Shown in pieces: positions 46,113 through 54,749 of a stretch of DNA of 64,000 nucleotides (positions within the stretch are counted from its first letter, which is position 1; the number at the start of each line of letters is the position of its first letter). The notes below the pieces were generated by a model. The model saw only the letters and a list, made by a program, of their open reading frames with translations, was not told the origin of the DNA and ran no database searches. Origin of the DNA: Octopus sinensis (taxonomy: Eukaryota); NCBI RefSeq assembly GCF_006345805.1, contig NC_043004.1, positions 77,686,001 to 77,750,000 of the forward strand. Reading direction: 5' to 3'. The position numbers were made by a program, and so were the translations under genes.

Positions 46113-48057
46113 TATATATATGAGCAACACATACACACACACATTGCATACATGTGTTTTGTATGCATACATGCTCGTGTGTGTGTATGTGTGATTGAAG
46201 CCATTCACACATACATACATACATACATAACACCTGTCTGTCTGTTTTTGCCTGTAAAAAGACGAAATTTTAAAAATCTGTTATCTCTCTTGCTCTCTCC
46301 CTCTCTTTAGACTGTAGCTAAGAGGGGACTTAATTCATATTTGCTTTGTAAACAATGGTGGGTTTCTCCGCCGTAAAAATTTAGAAGTCATGGCTCAAAA
46401 TTATTTACGGGTATCACTAGGGAAATTAATTTGACGAAAATACAGCTAGGGTCATGACAAATGTCCTCCTAAAATTTGAGCGACATGCGTGCTAATTTGT
46501 GGATGTGCATAAACTACAATCATGTACACACACACACACATCCTGCCTTATATATATACAGATACATATATATACACACACACACATACTGTCAAACAAG
46601 CAGAGATGTAAGAGTTATTAGGTGTCTTCAGTCTTGTTGAGAATGTGACACTTCTCTAGTATTGGTATCATGAAAACAAAAGCACCCAGTACACTCTGTA
46701 AAGTGGTTAATATTAATAAAGGGCACCCGTGCAAAAAAATGAAACACGATGAAGTCCTTCAACCCATTTACATGAACAATGCCTCTATATGTTCAATCCA
46801 ACCCATGCTATCACATAAAGTGAACATAAATCAATGGTGTGTGTGTGTGTGTACACCAGTGCAACAGCTCATCCCACCACTGGTACCTTAATAATAACAG
46901 TACTTTTAAAGCACATTAGGAAATCAAAAAGACAACGAAAGGACTAGCAATATTACCTGTTAGTCACTATCCTACACCAATCCAAAAGACACAAAATAAT
47001 TCTGATCTGCCAACGCCTTCCCAAATTCAAAACAGATTATCCCCTTCACTAATGCATAATAAATAACAGTTGATGTCGATGGCTTAATGATCATTTAAAA
47101 ATGAAGCAAATAGTGTTTTGATATTTTTGTACCACAAAAAAAAAAGTACATAATATATTTATGTGCACAAATTAGGTACAATAAGTCTACTAATACCAAA
47201 ATCCAAAAAGAAGCATTCAGCAAATCTATTCGTCTGTAACAAATGCTCATGTTCCTCTTTCTACCAATCTACCAAAATCTCTGTATACTCTCAAAATAAA
47301 TATTGTATGACTTTCAAATGGAAAATAAATATCACATTACCCTAACCAAGAAGACAATCTACTCACAATTTAAAAATCCCTACTTCAAACATCCTTGAAG
47401 GAAAATGCAGAACTACTTCTTAGGATGCTAGACATATCAATAAACAAAACTTCACATTTATGGTCTCTTTAACAGATTCACGAGAACAGATAAATAATCA
47501 CTTGAAATAAATCTATGGCATAACAACACTAGAAAACAATTCATAATGACATTGTATACATCAGTGCCAAAATACAAATAGGACATAATTTATAAACATG
47601 TCAGACAAATCCCATGACAATACACTAGCACACATCAGACCCAAGTTTCTCTCCTTGTTTTTTCTGTGTCCCTTTCTGTAGAAGAGCGTAGGCTCGAAAC
47701 GTAAAAGACTTTTTCTATTCCTGAGCGTTATACTAATACATCTGTTTGTTTTGTACACCACCTGTCTTCGTCTTTTTCGTAATCTCTCTAAAGAAAAATA
47801 TAACACTAGTTTACAAAGAGTTAGCTACTCTTAAGCTTCTAAAGCTTCTAACACAAATAACATCAAATTACAAATCATCCTAAGAAATACTCTCTGTAGC
47901 TTCCTAAATTTGTCCCTATCTGATCTTCATAACACACACATCACCAAAATCACTGCTCATCCCACAAACTAAATAATGAAAATAAACTACAAAATTTCTT
48001 ACCTCCAGTATCAGTTCTCTTGAGAGCACCTTCTTTTTGAGGACAAAGTTCACATCT
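908..48057 (-). CDS. MLLT10: AF10/AF17-family chromatin reader (PZP + OM-LZ), 5'-partial; 15 coding exons, 784 aa in window
   Basis: Exons 48003-48057, 37569-37678, 34996-35099, 34717-34810, 31299-31418, 27644-28263, 18463-18657, 15540-15631, 12083-12175, 9000-9111, 4884-4975, 3200-3435, 2994-3087, 2122-2261, 908-1105. All are GT-AG, phases chain correctly and lengths sum to 2355 nt. Motifs RCELCP..GALKRTD, WCHVVCAL, FHVTCAQ..GLLCEE and EQLLEHQW...IASLL..LHQLK are diagnostic of AF10/AF17. Invertebrates typically have a single co-orthologue of MLLT10/MLLT6. Confidence 0.95.
2122..2261 (-). CDS. MLLT10: AF10 exon (GSYQGSSHSLQQSG...DLSSTP), 140 nt, phase 1 to 0
   Basis: ttgtag|GT acceptor and CCA|gttagt donor (moderate strength). 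Confidence 0.75.
2994..3087 (-). CDS. MLLT10: AF10 exon (DSVSNSHTPSHHSPAQQQSSTPGRTHISSPN), 94 nt, phase 0 to 1
   Basis: ttccag|GAT acceptor and ATG|gtaatc donor; 112-nt upstream intron. Confidence 0.85.
3200..3435 (-). CDS. MLLT10: AF10 leucine-zipper exon (IASLLSFLHQLKTENRRLEDCIKSLTARRDHLLALNARL...), 236 nt, phase 1 to 0
   Basis: ttgcag|TT acceptor and CAG|gtaatt donor; heptad Leu pattern of the AF10 LZ. Confidence 0.95.
4884..4975 (-). CDS. MLLT10: AF10 octapeptide-motif exon (NGLVQSMEQLLEHQWDLGSQFLMEQGQHFD), 92 nt, phase 2 to 1
   Basis: tttcag|A acceptor and GATA|gtaagt donor; the family OM is EQLLERQW. Confidence 0.95.
6180..8490 (-). mobile_element. Degenerate RTE-clade LINE (endonuclease and RT remnants)
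   Basis: Minus-strand remnants LTVGTWNMRILL, NIDIAALSET and GLKQGCIFAP with many stops. Confidence 0.85.
9000..9111 (-). CDS. MLLT10: AF10 exon (PPLANEGTSPLSVGCLLGPPKIFPSINSEKLLNENV), 112 nt, phase 1 to 2
   Basis: ttaacag|CT acceptor and AGG|gtgagt donor; supplies the phase change needed before the OM exon. Confidence 0.85.
9146..9713. mobile_element. Penelope-like pseudo-LTR arrangement (direct plus inverted repeats) carrying a hammerhead
   Basis: About 95-bp direct repeat (9146-9240 vs 9500-9595); 9196-9315 is inverted relative to 9596-9713; hammerhead lies between. Confidence 0.5.
9364..9407 (-). ncRNA. Type I hammerhead ribozyme motif (near-canonical)
   Basis: Minus strand: CCAGA (stem I) CTGATGA T GAG-CAAGA-CTC T GAA ACATGCATGT C TCTGG (stem I'). 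Core CUGAUGA/GAAA/GUC is intact, stem III is a perfect 10-bp palindrome, and a U-U pair closes stem II. Confidence 0.7.
11100..11305 (-). mobile_element. Possible Penelope-like ORF C-terminal remnant
   Basis: DARILSTHKTDTTLKQIVETTYNRK loosely resembles GIY-YIG C-termini; weak. Confidence 0.3.
11640..11950 (-). mobile_element. RTE LINE ORF2 C-terminal remnant
   Basis: GRGKSRKSWDEVLKAELKVL...AVLKKT on the minus strand. Confidence 0.7.
12083..12175 (-). CDS. MLLT10: AF10 exon (LENNGILATSVVTGSHLTSNLETSTSPNLT), 93 nt, phase 1 to 1
   Basis: attcag|AT acceptor and CTC|gtaagt donor. Confidence 0.85.
13440..14140 (-). mobile_element. tRNA-headed SINE with ccttgggcaag central domain, interrupted at 13738-13960
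   Basis: Head at 14140-14070 with B-box-like ggttcagtccca; degenerate relatives at about 36650-36780 and 37085-37230. Confidence 0.65.
14200..14380 (-). mobile_element. Short non-autonomous repeat, probably Penelope-like pLTR
   Basis: Reverse-complement homologue of 47635-47790; carries the minimal hammerhead. Confidence 0.5.
14285..14320 (-). ncRNA. Decayed minimal hammerhead-like motif, same family as 47672-47707
   Basis: tttt CTGTTGA A GAGC-CTAG-GCTC AAA ACGT A aaag; G12 has changed to A at a CpG. Confidence 0.4.
14420..14740 (+). mobile_element. Distinct GAT-tailed retroposon fragment
   Basis: GC-richer body ending aaaacactggatgatgatga. Confidence 0.45.
14770..15050 (-). mobile_element. 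Non-autonomous Helitron-like element
   Basis: Minus-strand 3' end cgggtaatgctgggtatctctgCTAG|t; similar ends at about 13400 and 44682. Confidence 0.5.
15540..15631 (-). CDS. MLLT10: AF10 exon (NPNYNVFGGSPYFQSLSASGPVSISGFSQT), 92 nt, phase 2 to 1
   Basis: ttacag|G acceptor and ACAA|gtaagt donor. Confidence 0.85.
17392..17720. repeat. Fold-back inverted repeat, about 140-150-bp arms and 39-bp spacer
   Basis: 17392-17541 is an imperfect reverse complement of 17581-17720; a third family copy lies at about 10207-10365 (-). Confidence 0.85.
17725..17955 (-). mobile_element. tRNA-headed SINE with Deu/Nin-like central domain
   Basis: Minus strand: A-box-like ggtgagctggcag, B-box-like gagttcaaattcc, core gcctttcatcctttcggg..ataagtaccag. 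Other copies at about 5065-5215 and 41690-41935. Confidence 0.8.
18463..18657 (-). CDS. MLLT10: AF10 exon (SAEKQDKKNKKNK...PITSGPL), 195 nt, phase 2 to 2; basic NLS-like stretch
   Basis: gtaaag|A acceptor and TGG|gtaaga donor; stop-free. Confidence 0.8.
19450..20715 (+). mobile_element. RTE LINE 3' portion: ORF2 remnant, pyrimidine-rich 3' UTR and tandem-unit core
   Basis: VDSFHYLG, ARIKIGRAKSRELLPLL and EKLGIRGMR, followed by the shared ggttggcattaaggagg core. Confidence 0.85.
22800..25582 (+). repeat. Local direct duplication (22800-23520 vs 24960-25582), each copy carrying a different insertion
   Basis: Shared agaatttcaaataatgtac..., ccaaagaaatgataattaacattttcac... and aactatttgacagaaatc... 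blocks. Confidence 0.9.
22869..23240 (+). mobile_element. Non-autonomous Helitron (Lep1-like architecture)
   Basis: 5' TC, microsatellite near the 5' end, hairpin atgacc-a-ggc-aac-gcc-g-ggtcat (23210-23232), 3' CTAG, A|T target. Confidence 0.8.
27644..28263 (-). CDS. MLLT10: AF10 large Ser/Thr-rich exon, 620 nt, phase 0 to 2
   Basis: Overlaps ORF 27640..28254; ttttcag|CTC acceptor and TCAAG|gtaaaa donor; ends in basic GKRQRSR. Confidence 0.85.
28618..30498. mobile_element. Tc1/mariner-type non-autonomous element (TIRs, TA TSD) split by the CR1 insertion
   Basis: ta|cagcgggggtgcaaaagtaagtat at 28618 versus atacctacttttgcaccaccct(a)|ta at 30498. Confidence 0.65.
28760..30405 (-). mobile_element. 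Degenerate CR1-clade LINE inserted inside a Tc1/mariner-type MITE
   Basis: RT remnants MERIVRKRLTTFLKEN, FVLSCLDYCSQL and GPQLFNAL...RAAMSNSLLHQ. Confidence 0.85.
30555..30685 (+). mobile_element. Short RTE RT fragment
   Basis: VQTAMLHDTETWAVTAEDMCKLARNEASMLQWMCNV. Confidence 0.75.
31299..31418 (-). CDS. MLLT10: AF10 exon (KKDANIKTIPAFKPISCETSTPETTPEKNFPSRLEREKAK), 120 nt, phase 0 to 0
   Basis: ttttcag|AAG acceptor and AAG|gtacat donor; open frame, phase-compatible with both neighbours. Confidence 0.85.
32922..33319. mobile_element. piggyBac-like MITE (TTAA|CCCTTTAG...CTAAAGGG|TTAA) with a second MITE nested at 33082-33255
   Basis: Terminal inverted repeats and TTAA TSDs are visible; inner TIRs CCCTTTCGTCACT / AGTAACAAAAGGG. 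Confidence 0.8.
34337..34552. mobile_element. piggyBac-like MITE
   Basis: ttaa|cccctttgatacc ... ggtaacaaaaggg|ttaa. Confidence 0.7.
34717..34810 (-). CDS. MLLT10: AF10 exon, PHD2 end (AQAQGLLCEEAGNYGDNVKYCGYCMYHYKKL), 94 nt, phase 2 to 0
   Basis: tttcag|T acceptor and TTG|gtgagt donor; matches AF10 GLLCEEEGNGADNVQYCGYC. Confidence 0.95.
34996..35099 (-). CDS. MLLT10: AF10 exon, PHD2 (VCYICEEQSRESKAATGACMQCNKNGCKQNFHVTC), 104 nt, phase 0 to 2
   Basis: attcag|GTG acceptor and CTG|gtaagg donor; PHD2 Cys/His pattern. Confidence 0.95.
37569..37678 (-). CDS. MLLT10: AF10 exon (GWCHVVCALFIPEAWFANVQTMEPIVLKNVPQERFNK), 110 nt, phase 1 to 0
   Basis: ttctag|GG acceptor and AAG|gttaga donor; matches AF10 GWAHVVCALYIPEVQFANVSTMEPIVL. 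Confidence 0.95.
37971..39153 (-). mobile_element. Young 5'-truncated RTE-clade (BovB-like) LINE with 14-bp TSD
   Basis: ORF 37954..39138 has RT motifs (SDGKLFNL, MLFADDAAL, RWLGHV); TSD TTGGTTAATACAAT at 37957-37970 and 39154-39167; the C-terminal CxxC zinc finger (YICGTCQRECLSRIGLHSHSRKC) is in a shifted frame. Confidence 0.95.
39441..39467 (-). CDS. MLLT10: Candidate 27-nt in-frame alternative microexon (AGKGGKYTQ), phase 1 to 1
   Basis: ttttatag|CTGGGAAAGGAGGAAAATATACACAAG|gtaagg: strong donor, multiple of 3, stop-free in the required phase, TGC motifs upstream. No transcript evidence is available. Confidence 0.55.
43100..44080 (+). mobile_element. Degenerate RTE LINE endonuclease region
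   Basis: MAGDFNG-like and RNEEGTKLMEFCNATDLMISNT motifs with stops. Confidence 0.7.
44682..45000 (-). mobile_element. Non-autonomous Helitron-like element
   Basis: Minus-strand 3' end cctgagcaaagccaggctatactgCTAG|t; (TA)n at the other end. Confidence 0.5.
45030..45605 (+). mobile_element. RTE-type 3' UTR retroposon copy with five tandem 62-bp units
   Basis: Unit ggcacataaaaacaccatccgagcgtggccgtctgccagcctcgtctggcacctgtgtcggt; 3' palindrome CCATGCTAGCATGG; (GAT)n tail. Confidence 0.9.
46053..46121. repeat. (TA)n microsatellite
   Basis: Directly visible; similar tracts at about 14143-14208, 44992-45020 and 63923-64000. Confidence 0.95.
47635..47790 (+). mobile_element. Short non-autonomous repeat, probably Penelope-like pLTR
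   Basis: Homologous to 14200-14380; contains gaagagcgtaggctcgaaacgtaaaagact. Confidence 0.5.
47672..47707 (+). ncRNA. Minimal type I hammerhead-like motif with A6U core variant
   Basis: cttt CTGTAGA A GAGC-GTAG-GCTC GAA ACGT A aaag: 4-bp stems I and II, loopless palindromic stem III, GUA triplet. Confidence 0.5.
48003..48057 (-). CDS. MLLT10: AF10 exon, Zn-knuckle start (RCELCPQKEGALKRTDTG), 55 nt, phase 0 to 1
   Basis: ttccag|AGATGT acceptor and GGAG|gtaaga donor; sequence matches AF10 RCELCPHKDGALKRTDNG. Confidence 0.95.
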
Positions 48058-49199
48058 CTGGAATAATGTCAAAAAAAGAAAAGACAAGATAACAGAGTAA
48101 AAACTATATAAAGATATATTCAACAAATTGTGGGTAACTGACAGACCAAGCAATGCAAATATATATGCCACCAACAGAAGCATTTAAAAAAAAATTTATA
48201 TTAACATTTTATTCATCAAGCAAAGCTGATTAATAGTTAGTTGCACATTTTTTTAGTATCTATTAAAAGGCTATTTTCAATAGCAAAATAAAAAAAGAGA
48301 AAAACAGGAGAATGCTAATATCCATTTTACCAAAACATGTATCTAGATAATTTTGAGAGAGTATGTTGTTCACACCAGTCAACATGTTTCTTTCTGCAAT
48401 TCCTCTCTATAAAGTGCAAGACCGAGATTCATTTCATGATCTTCAAGGAGTAGATGGAGAAGTTTGCACCAGAAACTACTTAGATTGCTGAAAAATTATG
48501 CCTACTGAGATGTAACATAACTAAAAGCTTATGCTTATAAGCAGTCAAGTGTCTTAGGGTTCTTTTCACCAAGCTGTTTAAAGTGTTGTGAACCATCTGG
48601 TGTGTTTCACCTTAGGCTCAAATATCATGATCTTACCAAAGATTTCAAGTATCAAATCCAATAGATGTACCCCATTGTAGATAAAATGTATAATGCAGCC
48701 CTCATCATTAAGTTCAAGGATATAAATCAATAAGAACATCAAAAACCCAGTTTCTCTTAATGTAACTAAACTGAAGTTAATAAACTAGTAACAGAAAGAG
48801 GCATCATACAATGTTGACATATTAATAGCATATGCTAATGATGAAAAATTCAAAGTTACTACACACCAGAAGCAATTTAGCAATTTCTGACGGGATTTGA
48901 CAAGAAACTGGAATTTTCTTCCTTGCCAGACCCCCCTGGCACCTGTGCAGGTGGCATGTAAAAAGCACCCACTACACTCGCGGAGTGGTTGGCGTTAGGA
49001 AGGGCATCCAGCTGTAGAAACACTGCCAGATCAGACTGGAGCCTGGTGCAGCCCCTGGCTTCCCAGACCCCAGTCGAACCGTCCAACCCGTGCTAGCGCG
49101 GAAAACAGACGTTAAACGATGATGATGATGATGATGTTTACAGTGAAACTGGAAAGACATTTCAGATCAATCTACTTCTTGCCTAAATGAGTCAATGTA

Positions 49200-49830
49200 A
49201 AGGCATATCTATTACTGTTGCTTCTTCAGGTTTTAATGCTACTGTCCTTCTTAAGGTTTGTACAGCACATTCTGCTTTGAAACTCCTCCTGAATTTGAGT
49301 ATAAGTAATGTACCTGATTAGAAAATTGCCAAAAATTCAAGGACTAGACACCTCAACAAATACCAAGTGATTGTCTGAGAGGAACGTGTGATGGTTCATA
49401 AGAGAATTCTGGAGGCCCTGGGCAGAACATTGCAGAACTTGTGTGACCACAGATCTCAAATGGGAGAAGCAGTTGCATTGTCAGTTATCCCAGAAGTAAA
49501 AATTCCAATGGAATCCATGCTTGCCTTAAATTGTCACTTTGGAGGTTTGAGGTTCAGTCCCACTGTATGGAACTGTCAGCAACTGTCTTCTACTATAGCT
49601 GCAGGCCAACCAATGCTTCTTCATACCAAGAAAGCAGATAAGACTCTCTTTCCGTCAGTAATTCCATTTGCTGCACCCAGTGTAAGCTATGGACACAATA
49701 AGAGGTACAGTGGAATCACAAGTAAATTAACAGATAAATCGCCTTTGTATGTGGCAGATGTGCAGGAACAAGAGCAGATAGGACTTAGGTTCTCCCAAAT
49801 GCCCAGAAGGCTCTCTTGAGGTTGTAAATA
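49200..49830 (+). mobile_element. Degenerate Helitron PIF1-like helicase fragment
   Basis: ISITVASSGFNATVLLKVCTAHSALKL and MVHKRILEALGRTLQNL resemble Helitron AVASSGIAATLL..GRTAHS.FKL and MAHKxxLEALDRTL. Confidence 0.7.
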
Positions 49831-51235
49831 GGTACTGTCACATAGGTAAACAAATTAGCAATGGTGGAGGGTGTTCTGAAAGTATTGTTTCTAGAATAAG
49901 AACTGGGTGGAGGAAGTTCAGAGAGATATTACTTCTGTTGGCAACAAAAGGACTCTCTCTCAGAGGGAAAGGTAGATTGTATGATGCCTGTGTACGAACG
50001 GCTATGCTCCATGGTAGTGTGACATGGGCTCTGAATGCAGAAGACATGCATAGACTGGAGAGAAATGAAAGCAGTATGCTCTGTTGGATGTGCAACATTA
50101 GAGGACAAAGTACAAATGTGTTGAGAGAAAAGTTGGGCATAAGAGGAATCAAATGAAGCATGCAAGAGAGAAGACTACATTGGTTTGGACATGTGATGCA
50201 TATGAACGAAGACAGCTGTATAAAGAAGTGCCAGTCACAGAAAGTGAACAGTATTTGAGGTGGAGGGAAACCCAGGAAGACATGGGATGAAGTGACAAGG
50301 ACTGATCTCAGGATGTTGGGGCTCAAGGAGGAAATGACAATGGACCAAGATGTCTGGCGATATGAGATTCTAGAGAAGACTCACCCACGTCAGCAGAACT
50401 GAGTTCTAGACACACTGTGTGTTTCACCCACAAGTAACAACAAATCTTTCACACACCCTATCCAAACAAACCAAACTACATCTCTTCTCCACATTTACTC
50501 TTTCATACACTATGATTATGTCCCACTGCCCTGCTCACTGTATTGTGCTACCCCCATTCCCTCTATATACCCAGGTTCTCACCAGTCACTGCATTCCCCA
50601 CACCCTGCCACTTATAATATGACCTCCCTATATTGAAGGTATGCCTTGGCACTTGCTACCATCTACCTCTCCCTTCCTTTACTCTATCATCCCATCTATA
50701 TTCTGATCCTTGCTCTTTTGGGTATGCCCAGGCACTTTGCAACCATCTCTCACCTGCACTCTTGCTGTCTTCCACTCTCTCTCTTGCTTCTCTCTCTAGC
50801 TGAGTAACTATGTATCTCTTTTACAGTAGCACACATGTTTCTGTCCTCATACATGATCATTCTCTTTTTCTCTCTCTGGCCAGGTAACCATGTACCATCT
50901 CTACAGCAAGACACCTGTTTCAGTCTGTCACAAGACCACCTCCTCCAATGCCCCCTCCCCTCTTAAAGGTTCTTTGTCTTGCAAGTTACTTGGTGACCCT
51001 GCCAGTGCTGGTGCCATGTAAAAACCATGCCCAAACTGACCTCTCCTGTGCTGGTGCCACATAAAAAGCACTCAGTCCACTCTGTGGGGTGGTTGGTGTT
51101 AGGAAGGGCATCCAACTATAAAAACCATGCCAAAACAGAGGAAAAAGCCTGTTGCAGTCTTCTGCCTGGCCAGCTCCTGTCAAACCATCCAACCCATGCC
51201 AGTATGGAAGACAGACGTGAAACAATGATGATAAT
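49830..51235 (+). mobile_element. RTE LINE 3' portion: ORF2 remnant plus complete 3' UTR with GAT-like tail
   Basis: LSLRGKGRLYDACVRTAMLHGSVTW and EKLGIRGIK, then 3' UTR ending acagacgtgaaacaatgatgataatg. Confidence 0.85.
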
Positions 51236-51994
51236 GACAAAACTCAAAAAATCCCAGTGTATATATTTTTACATTAGGTGGAGGGTGTTTGCATCCCCAT
51301 GTGTGCACATTTGCAAATAAAGTCACCATTCATACAAAAATTTTGCAATTTGTCAACAATCATCAATGTAAACATATCTGGTCACTGATCTGTTCATTGT
51401 TTCAAGGACTAAGGGAAATATTACCTTACTTGCATACAAGTGAGAGTTGGCAACTGGAAGAGTATTCTGTCAGACCCATGCAAACATGGAAAAGTAGACA
51501 TTAAAATTATCTAAGAGAAGAGTTTCAAACCACATTACCCAATACGATTTTATTACCACAAAATTCTGTTATTTTAGCATTTTTCTTCATTTTGTCAACA
51601 TAATCATAATCTACATTCGTGGAAATGTATTTCTGCAAAATTTCATAACAGAACAAGCATTTTAAAGAGAATAACAAAGAAATATTTCGTTTTTGGATTT
51701 GGTTTGTAAGATTCTTTATATGAGTTTGTGTGTTGAAGCATATTGTGTTGTGTCTGGGGAGAGTCATTTTCAAGAAATGGACAAACTACTTACTAAGTAA
51801 AAATATAGTTCTATGAAAAAACGCACTAAATTGGGTCTTCTGGAGCCCCAAATTGGCATGGAATTGTTGTAGTGAGAATGTTGGTTATTCCCTCACTGTT
51901 TTAACGTGTGTAGAGTGACATCCACATTTTACCTAGCAGTTATCCTTGTACATGTAAATTTCTTATTTTTATTTCCTAAAATTTTCGTTGCATG

Positions 51995-52031
51995 TTGCAA
52001 CCTTTTCAATAATTTATTGAAAAGGTTGCAA
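51995..52031. repeat. Perfect 37-bp palindrome (18-bp arms, 1-nt spacer)
   Basis: TTGCAACCTTTTCAATAA-T-TTATTGAAAAGGTTGCAA. Confidence 0.95.
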
Positions 52032-52639
52032 GACACAATGAAAATTTTAAGAAAATAAAAATAAGAAATAAGTGGAAATTTTACTGGTGAGTATGTTAAA
52101 TAATAAGGCACAAAAAGAAAATGAATCTCCCCAGACACAACAAAGAAATAAATTTGTAGGAAGACAACAATCTGAAACTCTTAAACAAAAGAATTTGTAC
52201 TGACATAATTGTACACAACACTCTTGAAAATGTACCTCTGCAAAATTTCATTACAAAATATGCATTTTACAGAAAGTTGTGAAGAAAATCAAGAGAGGTG
52301 GAGCAGCAAACTGCAGCTGCACATCATTATCGTTATCTCAATACATCTATCTTCCATGCTGGTATTGTTTGGACAGTTTGATAGAAACCAACAGGAAGGA
52401 GGAGGACTGTTGTGTGCCAATGTCTATGCTGGCATTGCTTCTATAGTTGGATACCCCTCCTAATGCCAACCACTTTACAGAATGCACTGAGTGTGTTTTC
52501 TAATCACACCAGCATTAGTGAGGTCGTGTAGCTTCCAAGACAAGAGAGAGATGAAACAAAAGATGACAACATGTAGGTGCAAGTGTGAGGAGAGAGAGAG
52601 AGAGAGTGATATCCTAATATGGACAAGACAGTAAGAAGT

Positions 52640-52870
52640 GCATACTTCTGCTGTATTAAAAAATGCCTTTTGAAAGACCTTGTTTATATTGTTTATAAAG
52701 CCAAAGTATACAACAGCAGAAACACCACCAAAACACACTTAACGTCTGCTTCACACAACACTTACATACATTCAAGATAAATGCATGAAGAACTCAACAG
52801 CATTATCAAAATACACCTGGCATCTGAAAGATAGCAATATTAACAACCAAGTGGATTATTGCAGCACAAG
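52640..52870 (+). mobile_element. Penelope-like GIY-YIG endonuclease remnant
   Basis: KNSTALSKYTWHLKDSNI resembles the PLE GIY-YIG segment TxLSKYxWxLKDxN; disrupted. Confidence 0.6.
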
Positions 52871-52919
52871 CAGGAGCCTACAACAGACGCGGTACAAGGT
52901 TTTTCTGACGTATATATTC

Positions 52920-53090
52920 CTCCCTGGATGGGATGCCAATCCGTCACAGGATTACTCAGTTTTACCAGCTGAGTGGAACGGAGCAACATGAAAAGAAATG
53001 CTTTTCTCAAGAACGCAATGCATTGCCCAATCCAGGAATTGAAACCACAATCTTATGATCACAAGTCCAACATCCTAACCATGCACCTCC
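52920..53090 (-). mobile_element. Degenerate tRNA-headed SINE
   Basis: Minus strand: ggttaggatgttggact...ggtttcaattcctgg head and ggattggcatcccatccaggg core. Confidence 0.5.
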
Positions 53091-54749
53091 ACTAAGAGTA
53101 GGTATCACTATGAATTTTTGAAAATATTGAAAAGTAATTTCTACTGTATTTCATGAACAGCATTGAAAAAGAAACATTCTGATACCTCATTGGTGAAATT
53201 TAGATATTTAGGAAATATGACAATTTGAATGGTCAGCAGATTGGTCAAAATCTTGCCTAACTGGCCTAAATTAGCTTCATTTATGCTGTCATATCTTCAA
53301 ACTACACATATTAATAATGTCCAGCAGTTGCCCCTTTTTCTTTTTTTTTTTTTTTCAGGTTCTTGGAAAGGAAACTTGTTTTTGACAAATATTTAAATAT
53401 TTATGTAAAGCCTATTTTGTTACATGTAACAGTCAATTTCGTGGTGTTTTCAGACTAGCTAAGTCCAAAAGTACAAGCCACAGGGACCTGAGATTTTGGG
53501 ACATGACACCATTTCAATAAAATTTTAATGGACTATTAAAAATGGCTATAAATGGTGTTTCAAATCAGGACACCCACATAAGTTGGATTTTCTGTCTTGA
53601 CAGGGATTTTTCTATCATGGCCTTGGAAATTATGGAGAGGAGGAGAGTTTTTTTGTGAAAAAAAAATGATTTTTTTTTTCACACACCCCTCCTTTTCACT
53701 CTTCTCTGGACCAATTTTGGCCATTTTGTTTTTCACACTACACTCTTAAAAACAATGGGAGAAGCCTTTTTGGTGGAAAATAATTTTGAAAACATTTTCA
53801 AATGAAAAAGTGTGATTTAAGTGAGATTTAGCAGTGGTTTCTAGTACATCCCACAACCTAGTACCTTTCTTAGAATTGCATGTAGACCTAGATTAAAAAA
53901 CAAACAAAATCTGAAAACTTGTTCCTTGCTTAAGCTTTAAAAACATAATTTGAAGACATTAAAAACATCTGTAACCCAGAGAGAGAATAAAAAACCTAAA
54001 ATGAATTTGTAAATACTACCACAAATCAGAAGAAAAAAAAGAACATAACAGCTGACTTTAACTACAAAATTATATTCATTGCACAATAAAATTTTTATTG
54101 GCAAAATATTTCTCAAAGGCAAACAAAATTTACATGTACAAGAATAGCTGCTAGGTAAAATTTGGATGTCACTCTACACACGTTAAAACAGTGAGGGAAT
54201 AACCAACATTCTCAATACAACAATTTCTGCCCCATTGATTTTTATATCAAAATAAAGCAAAAAAAAGTCCCCTTCATGACTATAATTTTCAACACAAATC
54301 GAGTTATAGCAATCTAGTAGATCAACAGTCAGGAAAAAAGAAAAAGGGGACAAACTTGGTGAATGGGTGGAGATACCAGAATGATTAAAGGACCTGGGCA
54401 TGGTACATAAGTATCAGATTTTGATCAGAACTGTATAAGAAGAAAGTTCACATCCAGAAAATTGAAATGATAATTTTCCACAGAAAAAAATGTATTTTGA
54501 CATGAACACAATCAAACAAAAAGCGTTTCTGCATGGTCAAGCTATGCTAGTCTCCCTTTTATGGTGCTCTATAGTGATACCTACTAAGGGTACTGCTCAT
54601 CCCATATGAGGAAGGAGCCCTAAATAAAGCACACTTCACCCCATATTGCCTGATTTACAGCAAGCAATGGACATGCCACATGTGCAATCAGAAAAATTAA
54701 TGGCATTAATTGCTCTTGAACCTGGACTTAATGAAGACTGACTTGCTGA

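Larger units (their letters stand above)
51861..54226. repeat. About 100-bp high-identity inverted repeat pair 2.2 kb apart (possible DNA transposon TIRs)
   Basis: 51861-51960 matches the reverse complement of about 54127-54226 with only a few mismatches. Confidence 0.8.
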
